Shown in pieces: positions 8,676-20,300 of a DNA stretch of 53,123 bases (the stretch's first letter is position 1; each line of letters opens with the position of its first letter). The position numbers and the translations under genes were made by a program. The notes below the pieces were generated by a model, which saw only the letters and a list, made by a program, of their open reading frames with translations, had not been told where the DNA came from and did no database searches. Location of the stretch: the IMG/VR virus record IMGVR_UViG_3300032241_000435, positions 1-53,123 of that record, one strand, 5' to 3'. The stretch is from a virus. Its lineage: Duplodnaviria; Caudoviricetes.

Positions 8676-9562
8676 AGTTGCATGAATATGAAATGCTACC
8701 TGAATTAGCATTTACGCCACGTGGCGGGCGTTTTGGTCGTGGTATGACCCTTTGGGGTAAAGGCGGCGGGGCATCTGCACCCCCTCCAATTGATCCATCA
8801 ATAACAAGTAATCTTGCAAACAATATTGCTCTTGGTGGGCAATTAGCTACGTCTGGTCTTAATACGTATAACAGTACGACTGCTCCAGCTATTCAAAACG
8901 CAATCAATACTCAGACTGCAGCAAATAATACATATTCAACTGCAGCCAATACTGCAGCCAATCAACAATTAGGTATTTATAACAACACTGCTGTTCCTGC
9001 TTTGCAAGCTATTCAAGCCGATGCCAATAATTACAACAATGCTGGTTACCAAGAACAAATTGCAAGTCAAGCGTTGGGCGATGTAAACCAACAGTTTGCA
9101 CAACAACAAGCTAATAACGCATTAAGACAGCAATCTTATGGTATTAACCCTAACTCTGGTGCAGCTCAAATGAGTGGTAATGCCAATGCTGTACAACAAG
9201 CCGAGGCTGGTGCTGCGGCGTCTACTCAAGCTCGTGCTGCTGCAGTTGCTCTTGGGTTGCAAAAGCAACAGAATGTATTTAATTTAGCAAACCCATCTTT
9301 GTCTAACGCCGCTAGTTTAGGTACAGCTGCAATAGGTGCAACACAAAATAATGTTACCAATGCTTTGGCTATGGGTACTTCCAATAACGCTGCTCTTAAC
9401 ACTGCTGGTGGTTTATTAAGTAGCGCAAATACCGCTGCTAATTCTGCTTACGGTAACCAAGTTAGTGCTTACAATGCAACTCAACAAGCTAATGCAACAA
9501 CTTCTGCTGGCTTATTTAGTGGTTTGGGTACAGGTATTGGCGCTTATGCTGCTTTAGCATAA
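8672..9562 (+). CDS. ejection (pilot-like) internal virion protein
   Basis: Ala/Asn/Gln-rich, KGGG near N-terminus, Gly-rich hydrophobic C-terminus. Confidence 0.72.
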   Translation: MKLHEYEMLPELAFTPRGGRFGRGMTLWGKGGGASAPPPIDPSITSNLANNIALGGQLATSGLNTYNSTTAPAIQNAINTQTAANNTYSTAANTAANQQLGIYNNTAVPALQAIQADANNYNNAGYQEQIASQALGDVNQQFAQQQANNALRQQSYGINPNSGAAQMSGNANAVQQAEAGAAASTQARAAAVALGLQKQQNVFNLANPSLSNAASLGTAAIGATQNNVTNALAMGTSNNAALNTAGGLLSSANTAANSAYGNQVSAYNATQQANATTSAGLFSGLGTGIGAYAALA

Positions 9563-9581
9563 CATTAAAAGGCGGTGATTT

Positions 9582-11327
9582 ATGGCAATTAATTATGGTG
9601 TAGGAATAGGTTCTTTTGCTGAAGGTTTGGTTAAAGGCTATTCCACAGTTAAAGATATTGAAGATAAAAAAGCTGATCGTGCGCAACGTCAACAATTGAT
9701 TGATCTTCAATTAAAAGAAGATCAACGCAAACAAGCTGAGTTTGACCAAGCACAAGCTGAAAAACAAGCTATTAACAATGTCTCAACTTCTACTTTGGGG
9801 CAAGCTAATAAGCCTTCAACAGCACCTTCTATTCAAGAAAATACTAGTGTTGGCCCAGTTCAAGCTCAAGGTTTAGCTGTTAACTCAGGCGATACAGAAT
9901 TTGATAAAGCTGTTGCTCAAAGTGATGTTAATACGCTGAATCAAAATGCTCAGGCACAAGGCCAAGCAATTCCAACGCAGACACCTGTTGCGCAACGAGC
10001 TTTGTCTATGGATGAAGCAAGGCAAAGATATGCTCAAGCTTTATACGCTAATCCAAACATTAGCCCTGAAAAAGCTGCAGCTCTTCAAGCTACGCAACAA
10101 CAATTACAACTTGGTGGTTATCAGCTAAATGAAGCTGAACAACAAGCGGACTTGAATAAAAAATTTAAAACATTTAGCGATGACCATTTTAATCGCACAG
10201 AAAAAATCAATAAAGTTGATCCTAATAGTGCTGAATCAGTAGCTAGCGTTCTTGGCCCTGAATATGAAATGCATAATCCTGGGCATCAGGTCGGCTTTGA
10301 TAAAAAAACCAATACAGTTACTTTTGTTGGTGATGACGGCAAGCCAGTAGCTATGAAGCCTGGTGAAGCTTTTGCCATGGCTAAAAAATTAAATGACGAT
10401 CATTTTGCTCTTGGTGCAACAAGATTTGCTAAAAACCCAGCTGAATTTCTTAAAATGTATACCGATATTGAGAATCTTAAAGAGACTCATGCTAAGAATC
10501 AAAGCGAAGCTAAGTACCAAGAGAAAGCTGGTAATGCTGCCCTTATGAATGCCAATGCTGCACAAACTAATGCAGCAACGAATGCTCAAATTGGTACATC
10601 TACTATTGCGTACAACAATGCACGTACACAAACTGCTCAAATTGCTCTTGACTTAGCCAAGAATAATAAAGCTGCTCAAGAAGCCATGAGGCCATATCAA
10701 GATCAACTCGAAGCTCTTACAGATGATGAAATCAAAGCAGGTAAAGGTGATATCATCGCCCAAAAAATGCTTATAGCTGGCTCAACTAAATCTGCTGATA
10801 TTGCAAAATATTTGGCAGAAAGTAAAAAACAAGCTAAGGGTGAATGGAAAACAGTTCCAGGAGCTGAAGACCTCCAAGAAAATTCTGTTACTGGACAAAG
10901 ACGACAACTTGATCCAAACACCAACACTTGGAAACTTCAAGGGCAAGGAAAAGTTTCTGAAAATGCAGCTCGACTTGGGGTTTCATCTCATGTAGATCAA
11001 AACGGACAGATTGGCTACAAAGGTGCAGATAATCGTTATTATTCGACAGAACAAGAAGCTGTTGAGTCATTCCAAAATAAACCTGCTGCGGAAAAGCCAT
11101 CAGCAATTCCTACTGAAAAAGCTCAACCTGCTGAGGCTCCTATTCAATCAACTTCGGCTTTACCAAAAGATGCTGTAAAAAATGTTGGTTTTTACCTAAA
11201 AGATAAAAGTAAACCGTGGTCAGCAGAAGGCGTTAGTGAGCATTTTGCAACTCAAGCAGAAGCAGAAGCCGCTTATCGTAAAGCTCACGTACAATGGCAT
11301 TTACAAAATCCATTTGCCAAGGACTAA
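9582..11327 (+). CDS. ejection / internal virion protein
   Basis: Amphipathic GSFAEGLVKGY N-terminus, Ala/Gln-rich helical body, position. Confidence 0.68.
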   Translation: MAINYGVGIGSFAEGLVKGYSTVKDIEDKKADRAQRQQLIDLQLKEDQRKQAEFDQAQAEKQAINNVSTSTLGQANKPSTAPSIQENTSVGPVQAQGLAVNSGDTEFDKAVAQSDVNTLNQNAQAQGQAIPTQTPVAQRALSMDEARQRYAQALYANPNISPEKAAALQATQQQLQLGGYQLNEAEQQADLNKKFKTFSDDHFNRTEKINKVDPNSAESVASVLGPEYEMHNPGHQVGFDKKTNTVTFVGDDGKPVAMKPGEAFAMAKKLNDDHFALGATRFAKNPAEFLKMYTDIENLKETHAKNQSEAKYQEKAGNAALMNANAAQTNAATNAQIGTSTIAYNNARTQTAQIALDLAKNNKAAQEAMRPYQDQLEALTDDEIKAGKGDIIAQKMLIAGSTKSADIAKYLAESKKQAKGEWKTVPGAEDLQENSVTGQRRQLDPNTNTWKLQGQGKVSENAARLGVSSHVDQNGQIGYKGADNRYYSTEQEAVESFQNKPAAEKPSAIPTEKAQPAEAPIQSTSALPKDAVKNVGFYLKDKSKPWSAEGVSEHFATQAEAEAAYRKAHVQWHLQNPFAKD

Positions 11328-11330
11328 GCC

Positions 11331-14300
11331 ATGCCAATACTTGAAGGTTTTAAACCTGTTGGTGAGTTATCAGGTACAACTCCAACGATTGTTCCAAATG
11401 ACAGCAATGCGCTTATGTCTGGTTTGTCGTCAGGCACAAGTAATCTTGAAGGATTGCTGTACGATGCTTTAGGTGCAGGTGCTGATGCCGCTAAACTTAA
11501 AGAACTTAAAGAGTGGGCCAACAAACAAGCTAAGCAAAAAGAATATGAATCTTTTGTAGCTAGTAGACCTGAACTTAGTAATATTGAAGATCAGTCTTTA
11601 GGTTCTTTACCTTCTTATGCTGCTTATCAACTTGGACAACAATTACCCCAAGTAGGCGGAGCTATGCTCTTAGGTGCAGCTATTCCTGAAGCTGTTGTTC
11701 CTGCTGCTGTATCTAGACTAGGTGCTGTTGCTCCTGATTTTCTCAGTGGCGGAGCTTTAAAAGCTGGTGCTGATTTTGCTACTAGACGTGCTGCTTTAGA
11801 AACGGGAACGGCTCTTGGTAAAAATGCCATGGGTTTGGGAGCGTTCAACGAAGTCCAATCTATTGGTTCTTTATACAATAGCGCCAAAGAAAATCCTGAT
11901 GAGGAAAATGCAGGACTTAAATCCTTAGCATTATCTCCAGCTCATGCCGCACTTGAAACTATTCCAGAAGTTCTTTTGGGTAAAGTCATTGGCGGTGAAC
12001 ATGGATTTACTGGAAACTTTATTCAGCGAGGTTTAAAAGCAGGTGCGTCTCAAGCTACTACGGGAGCTTTATCTGAATTAGGTCAAGGTGAACTAGAGAT
12101 GGCTGTTGGTAAGCCATTAACAGATGAAGAAAAATTTAGCCAAAGATTAAATTCTGGCGTTGCTGGTGGGCTTGTAGAAGGTATTTTGGGCGGCGCTGGC
12201 GGTATGTTGCGTAGTGGTAAAGCTGTACCTTTGATGAAAGGTACAAACGAGCAACTAACTACATCTGAATTAGACCAAGGCAATGGTCAAGGTGGCGGTA
12301 GACAGCCTGATACTGGAGACTCAGTACAACAAGCTTTAAACGATAATCTTGATCTTGGGTCTACTCCAACGGCTAGAGTTCAGTTACCAACGCTTAGCGC
12401 AACTCAGCAAGGGACTACAGATGTAGCTCAACAAGCGGCTGCAGCAGAACAACAGCAACAACAAGCTCAAGCAATTCAACAGCAACAACAAGCGGCTGCA
12501 CAAGCTCAAGCTGACCTAAAAGCTCGTCAAGATCAAGCACTCCAAACTTTTGGTGTGGCGAATAGTGTTGATGACACCAGAGGTAACTTGGTTGGTAAAC
12601 CCATCTTATCTAAGAGTACTTTAAGTGTTGTAGCTAATGCGTTGGAAAAAGAACACAGCGCTATGCCTGAAGATCAAAGAACAATTGCTAGCGCAATCAT
12701 TGCCGCTAATAATGCTTTGGCTACACCTGAAAAAACAAACCCATTGGTAAGCTTTAGCTTTAATGTGGCTGATCCCGCTAAAACAGCTGCGTCTGTACAG
12801 AATGCTTTCAAAGCGATTGCTAATGTAGCTACCAAATACCAAATCCATGATGCGACATCTGCTGAGGAAGCTGCTGCCCGTTTGGATGAACAATCTAAAT
12901 CTGCCAAAGCTGGGGAGTTAGATAAGATCAATGCTATCCATCAAGCCTTGACAGGCAAGGATACTTCTGGTTTCATTGCTAGTCAACAATCTAAAGGAGA
13001 GAAAAATGGAAACAAACAACCCCAACGTCAAGTGGAAGCAACTCCCAGGGTGGGAACAGTACCAGTCCAAGGAGGATCAGCTCAAGCAGCAAATGGAGGA
13101 GGGAATGTGGGGGGCGGAAACGTTCAACCCATCGGAGCAGGAAGTGTCCCTCAAGAACAGGCTGGACAGCAAACTGGACGAGCACCAGCAGAAGGAATAC
13201 GGAATAGCCCCAGTGGAGATGTGCTCGGATTGCACAATAACAATGCTGGGAATGGGACTGGGCAGGGGCAGATAAATGGACAAGCGACCCCAACATCTGG
13301 TGAGTCCACACAACCCAGCGTTCAAACCGTGGCTAAGCCAACTGTGGCAGAAGGCCAAGGAGCGAGAGTCTATGACCCAACAATCTCCTACTACGCAACA
13401 GACCTTAGCCACATCAAACCAGCCAGACGAGAAGAAATCAGAAATGATTTAATTCGAGCTATCCTTGCTCCAGATGTAGAACGAGCTGGTGTGATGACCC
13501 TTGCACAAAGGGTTGACATGGTAACCATGGCTTTGATCGATGGTGAGCCACAAGAAGACATTGCCAAACAACTTGGCGTGTCTAAAGCTGCAGTTCAAAA
13601 ACAATTGGAACGTCTAGGTATTATTGTTAAGCCAAGGCTAACACCTGCTCAACAAAGCGAAATCAATTCTATTGAACAACGTTTAGGCATTCCAGCAGGA
13701 ACACGCAATACGACTAAAGACCCATTTGCGGTGTCTAAAGCAATTACTACGCAACTTCCAGTTGAAGAAACTGCTGATTTAGTCCATCGTCTTGATGGCT
13801 TATATAAGTCTGCTTCCAAAGACTATGGTATTGAAACGCCTAAAGACGGTAAAGCGTTTGACGATATGTTGCTTGACGCAGGTGAAGCCTATCGTTCTGC
13901 TGAATTCCCTGACGGTATTGGTGCTGGAGAAATTGTTTACTTGTATAGCCACGACAAGAACGTTACCACTGAGCAATCTTTGGCTGACGAACTAGAGAAT
14001 GGTAGTGTATCAGGTGATCGTAGCAAGTTGCTTGCTGAAGAAATGCGTGGTCGTGGTGAAGGCAATGAAGGCCAGTCTATGGGAGTTATCTCTCAAGCTG
14101 GTGGTAGCCAAGGTGCAGTAGGGTCATTGAATAAAGAGTTCTTTAACCGCATCGAAAAGCTCACCAACGAGATGGAAGCATTGCCTCCAAAAGACCCACG
14201 CAGAACAGTGATCGAAGAAAAGATCAAAGAAGAGTGGGCTAAGTATGGTAAGAAACAAGCTGCTCTTGCCGAACAAGGTGAGTTAGAGGTCAACCAAACT

Positions 14301-17300
14301 GAAGAAGGTGAGGAAGAAAATGCCGTTCAAGAGCAAAGCGCAAATGAGGGAAATGTTCGCAAATCAACCCGAGGTGGCAAAAAAGTGGGCGAAGCTAACG
14401 CCCAATCCGAAAAACCTGCCCGAAAAAGTGAAGCCAAAACCAGCGTCAAAAAAGAAACCGTAACTAAGTACCCTGTAACTATCGAAGGCAAACCAGCCAC
14501 GGTTTCAATTATTCGTATGGTGGATGACCCAACAAAAGTTGATGCGGTCAGAATCCATGTGAACGGTGAAAAACTACCCAGCAGCTTAGGCAAACAAGGT
14601 GTAGTATCTGATGAGCAAATGCTCAAGAACTTAACGGACATAAACGTTATTGATGAAGCTGAGCCGAAAGAGGTAAAGTCTGACAATCAGTTGGCAGGCG
14701 AAGCATGGGATAAAGTTGCTGCTGAGTATCCTGAAGCTCCAAAATGGGCTGACTTAACCAAAGAACAACAGAAAACGTTTACGGATTTCGGCCCTAAAAA
14801 TTGGACTGCCCAAGATGTTCAAGGTGAGTTAGTTAAACTTGCAAAAGAAAAACAAACCCAACAGCAAGTTGAAAAACAAGAAACCGAAACCAAAGCCGTT
14901 GAAGTTGCTGAAGAAGTTTTACAGCCACATTTAGATAAATTAACCGAAGGCCAAACTACTCGTTTAGAAAACTTCTATAAAGCTAAACGTGGTTCATCTG
15001 AATTTATTGCTAAAGTTCGTGATGATGTTGTCACACTAGCAAACAAAGGTGCTGCGGCAATCAATGCTGCCATTAGAGATATTATTAGCTCGCTTGCCAA
15101 AGGTGTTTTGGCAGTATCTGTGGTGTTTAATCCTCAGTTCATGAGTGCTCCTAATTTTGTATTGCACCCAACAAAAACAATTACCACTACAACCGTAAGG
15201 CAAATCAAAGCTTCTATTCCTCGTGGAGCAGAATCTTTATCTGAGAGTGGTAAAACTGCTTTTGCAACATTATTTCCAGCATTACAAGATGACCTAAAAG
15301 CAAATAATAAATTTTTTGTTTTGGCTGATAAACCGACTTCAACAGTTTTTGTGTTTAATCCAAATGGAACTTTATTTGCCAAATCAAAAGTGCTTCTTGG
15401 TAAGGCTTATGGAGATTTTTATGTTGGCTCAACTGATTTTGTTAAAAACCGCATAACTCCTGCTGGTCTGTTTAAAATTAATGCTGAAAAAGGCAGTGAA
15501 GTTTACGATGGTAAAACTATCTATACGATTGGTAATGTAAAAGAAGGTTGGACTGCTGCTATTTTCCATACCGTTTACACCAAAGAAGCTGATGGCCCTG
15601 CTCGTGTAAATGCTTTAACCAAAGAAGGTGCTGGAGATTCAAGATACTCTCATGGTTGTATTAATGGTAACCCTGAGTTTATGAATAAACTTGCCAATAG
15701 TGGCATGATGAACGAAGCTCATATGTTTGTGGTTCCTGATAACGCTAAGTTATTGGATTCTTTTATTGCAAATAAAGTTTCAAATGAAGATTTAACAAGA
15801 GAAACTATTGAGCCAAAAACTGTTACTGAAACCAAGACAACTACTGTTCCTAATGCAACTTCTGTTGCTACCAATCAAATTGTTGGTAAAGAAGAAAACG
15901 TATTCAAACCAACTAAAAATTTAAAATTTGGTGAAAATACTACCAAGGGTGTAAAGAATCCTTATTCAGTTGCAGAACTCACTGATGAGATTAAAACATT
16001 TATTCGTGCAGATATTCTTGGACGCAAACTTAAAATTGTTGAGAATGTTCAACAATTACTTTTATCTCCAGATCGAGAAGAACAAATCGTTGGCGCTGCT
16101 ATGGGTGTCAATGGCGCTTATGGTGTAGCCACAAACGGCACAGCTTACTTGATTGCTAACCGTATCGAAAAAGGTACAGGTCGTGCCAAATTTATGCACG
16201 AAGTTGGAGCCCATTTGGGTTTAGAAAAACTTCTTCCAACGGCTATCTACAACAAACTTACAGAACAAATCGCAAGTTGGGCTAAGTCTGACAATGGTTC
16301 TGTTGAATCCACGTTAGCAGTTAAAGCTGCTGAACGTGTTATGAATGCCAATACACCTAAAGAAGATCAGCGTTCTGAACTGCTGGCTTACTTTATAGAA
16401 GAAGCAATGCAAGCAGGTATTGATCCAACTGCGGCAGGTAAAGAATCAGCAGCTTTATCGTCTTGGTTCCGTACATTGTGGGCGGCATTTAAAAATGCTG
16501 TTCGTAAACTTGGATTTAAAGAATCTAATCTAACTGCTCAAGATGTAGTTAACCTTGCTTTTGGTGCAGCTCGTTTAGAAATTACTGGCACATGGCATGG
16601 TACTGCTGCTAGCTTCCGTAAGTTTAACCACAAGTTTATGGGTTCTGGTGAAGGAGCTCAAGCTTATGGTTGGGGTACGTATCTTGCACAACGTGTGGGT
16701 ATTGCTCATGGTTATTGGAAAGCTGATGTGCAAAGGAAGACTTCGCCTGTTGAAGTTTTGTACAACGGTAAAGATATTGACCATATTGCTACAGACTTAT
16801 TTTTCAAAAGCAATCTTACTAAGGATGAAAAGGCTTTACTGAATATAGTTACAGAGCTTAGTTTGCAAGCAGGTGTTGGCAATACTGACTCAATTCGCAC
16901 CGTTCACTTAAATCTTGCTAAAAAGTTAAATAAAACAGCAGAAGAAAAATATGCTTCGGAATGGCTTGATAAACATTATTCTGATTTTTCTACAAAAAGT
17001 ACAGCCCCTCTTGGTAGTTTATTTCGTGTAGATGTTGGCGTTGGTCAAAATGATTTATTGGATTGGGATGAGCCCTTATCTAAACAACCTAATGTTTTAA
17101 AAGCAATTAAAAACAATCTTTCTTCTGATGTCATTAACACGCTAGAAGAAGAGTACAACGATGATTTAGATAATCTTACTGGAGAAGACTTTTATCGTGG
17201 ACTGCAAGCTTTAGAAAAAAGAGATGGATTAATAAGCGATCAGTTTAAAGATGTTGAAGATTACAACAAACGTTTAGGCAATAAAGGCGCAAAACAAATT

Positions 17301-20300
17301 GTGTCTACTTATTTAGATGAAATAGCTAAAGTCCCTGGGATTAAATTTTTAGATGCTATGAGTCGGGGCGCAGGCCCTGAAAAGAAACTTGTTTTCCATG
17401 GAGTTAAATATACATCAGATGAATTAAGACATCTAGTAAAAGAAGCTCGAGAGGGAAAAGGAACTCTTACTCTTGACCAAGTAACAAACTTGCGCCATGT
17501 ACTGCATGTTGGTATTAATGCAGCATTAGAAGAATACAAAAAGAAAATCCAAAGGACAATTGATTCTTCTGTTCAAATATACAAAGAATCAAGTGAGAGA
17601 TTTAAAGTACCGTATAACGAAGCTGAGGCATTGGCGAGGGCTAAAGCAATAGCTGAAAAAACTTACGAAGCTCAACAACTGAAATGGCTAGAGGATAACC
17701 TTAAAAATATTGATGTTATCTCCAAAGAAAAAGTTCGCACAAAAAATTTAGTTGTCTTTAATGACAAAAATATCCAGCGTGTTGGATCAGAAGTTGCTGC
17801 TGATAGACAGCGCATGAAGTTTGGTATTGACCAAGCTACTGTTGATAAAAATATCAACAAGCTACCTCCTAGGATTCAAAAGCCTACACGAGTCATCACA
17901 GACTCATTGTTCAAGCAAGTCATCTCTAAGATGGGTGCAGCCAAAAACTTGATCTTGAAGTCTGCCATCACAGAAGATGTGGTGAAGTACGCACAGAAAT
18001 ATATGCGTTCCGCAGACAAATACTTGGCAGCTCAGTATGCTCGTCAAGCCATGGTGAACAAGTTCAACAACAAAGTTGATAAGATTCTTACAGCTTATGA
18101 AAAACTCGACAAAGCGATCCAAGGTGAAGGCGCAGGTAGCGTCAATGAATTTATCGCTGATTCAGTGCTTAGTGGTAAGTGGGGTTATTACCCTGGTTCT
18201 AAATTTGTAGGCACTAAGTTGTTTGAAGTTGATCCAGATATGGAGAAACGTTTCAAAGCGTTTGAGAAGTATGAAGGCGCACAAGAGTTAATTAAGTCAG
18301 TATTTGAGCATGGTCACGATGTATTGATGTCTAAACAATCTGCTGCAACTAAAGCGGTTGATGCTGAGTTTGCTGAGCGTGAGCGTCAAGCATTCTTTGA
18401 CCCAGATATTTTGGATCAGTTACGTGCTGAGAAAAAGGCGGCTATTGCCAAGATATCTTTGGGTGATCCCACTGTACCCTACGCACCCTTGAGCCGCTAT
18501 GGTGATTACGTTGTGATCGCTAAGTCTGCTGAGTACCAAGCCTACGAAGATATGCTGAGTGGCGAACGTGGTATGGCTACTGGTAACAACGATATCGTTG
18601 GGGATGCCAACAGAGCTCGCATTTGGATGGATGAAAATCAATCCAACTCAACTCACTACGTTGTTCAGTTTGCTGAAACTTTAGGCGAGGCCAATAAGAT
18701 TGCTCAAGACCTTGGCGCTACTGGCCTATACGATAACGTTCAGTCGGGTGAAAAAGAAACTCAAGCTAGCTATGCTGGTGGTAGCGATATCCATTTGGCT
18801 GTTACTAGACTACGTAACTTATTCAAACGTTCCACTGAAAACAAGAGTACTCCTGAAGCCAAAGCTTTGGACAAAATGATCGGCGACTTGTACTTGTTGG
18901 CTACTGCTGAGAACAGTGCTCGTAAGTCTGAGATTGAACGTAAAAAGATATCAGGCTTTGATAAGAACATGATGCGTAACCTAGCCACAAGTGGTAAGGC
19001 AAATGCTCATTTCTTGGCTAGCATGGAACACAATGACGCAATCAATGAAGCCATTGATGAGATGCGCCAACAAGCTAAAGCCAATCGTGCTGAAGCCATG
19101 CCTTACTTCAATGAGCTGATGGAGCGCAATTCGGCTTCCATGAACTATAAGAGCCCAAGCATCATTGCCAAGTCTTTGAATCAGGCTAACCATATCTATT
19201 CTTTGACTTTTAGCCCTGCGTTCTATCTGCAACAGATGGTGCAAACTGCGGCTATTTCTTTGCCATACCTTGCTGGTCGTTTGGGTTATACCAATGCTGC
19301 CAAGCATATCGGTCGTGCATACCAAGATGTGAGCAAAATTAAGAATGCATTAGATTTCAAGAACGTCAATGACCATCTTGATTTCAGCAAAGCTCCTGCT
19401 GATGTGCGTGCAATGCTTGATCGTTTGGTAGGCATGGGCAAGATTGATATCGGCATGGATTCTGAGTTCAAAGCCAAGGGTTACGATCAGACTTTGTTTG
19501 ATAAAGTCATGTACAAAATGCAAGGTATTACCAACCGCATCGAAACTGTCAACCGTTCTGTAGCTGCCATAGCCGCTTATCGTGGTTATCTTGAACGCTA
19601 CGGTATGGATAAAGTGGAAGGTGCAACCCAGTACGCTGCAGACGTTGTGTCCGATACTCATGGTTCATACGATGGATTCAATACTCCTCGTGTACTCCAA
19701 AGCACGTTTGGTAAGGTAGCGCTCCAGTTCAGACGTTTCCAAATCATCCAATTGTCTATGATGGCAAAGATGATCCATACTGCTTTCATCGAGAACTCAG
19801 CTTCCAAAGAAGAAAAACTTGTAGCCAAGAAAACACTTGCGTTTATCTGTGCTCAGATGGCGGTAGTGGCTGGCGGCTTGGGTGTGCCATTTGTTTCTCA
19901 GTTGGCATTCTTGATCCTGAAGATGTTCGGTTCACCTGATGAGCCTGATGATGTTGAGTACAAGCTACGCAAATTGATTGGCGATCCAGTTGCGGCTGAG
20001 TTGTTGTTGCGTGGTGTATCGGGTGCTGTCGGCTGGGAATCTTTCGGTAAGAAGATATCCATGGAAAACGTTGCGTCTCCATTCGGTGGGTATGTAGTTC
20101 CTGATCTTACTAATCGTAAAGGTGTAGAAAAGACTGCTCTAGCGATTCTTGGCCCTTCGCTCAGCTTGACTGAGAAGTTGGCTGATGCTTTCCAATATAC
20201 AGCACAAGGCAATTACTACAAAGGACTTGAGGCTGCTTTGCCAAATGGTTTATCAAACTCTCTTAAAGGTGCTCGTTACCTTACAGAAGGTATGACCATG

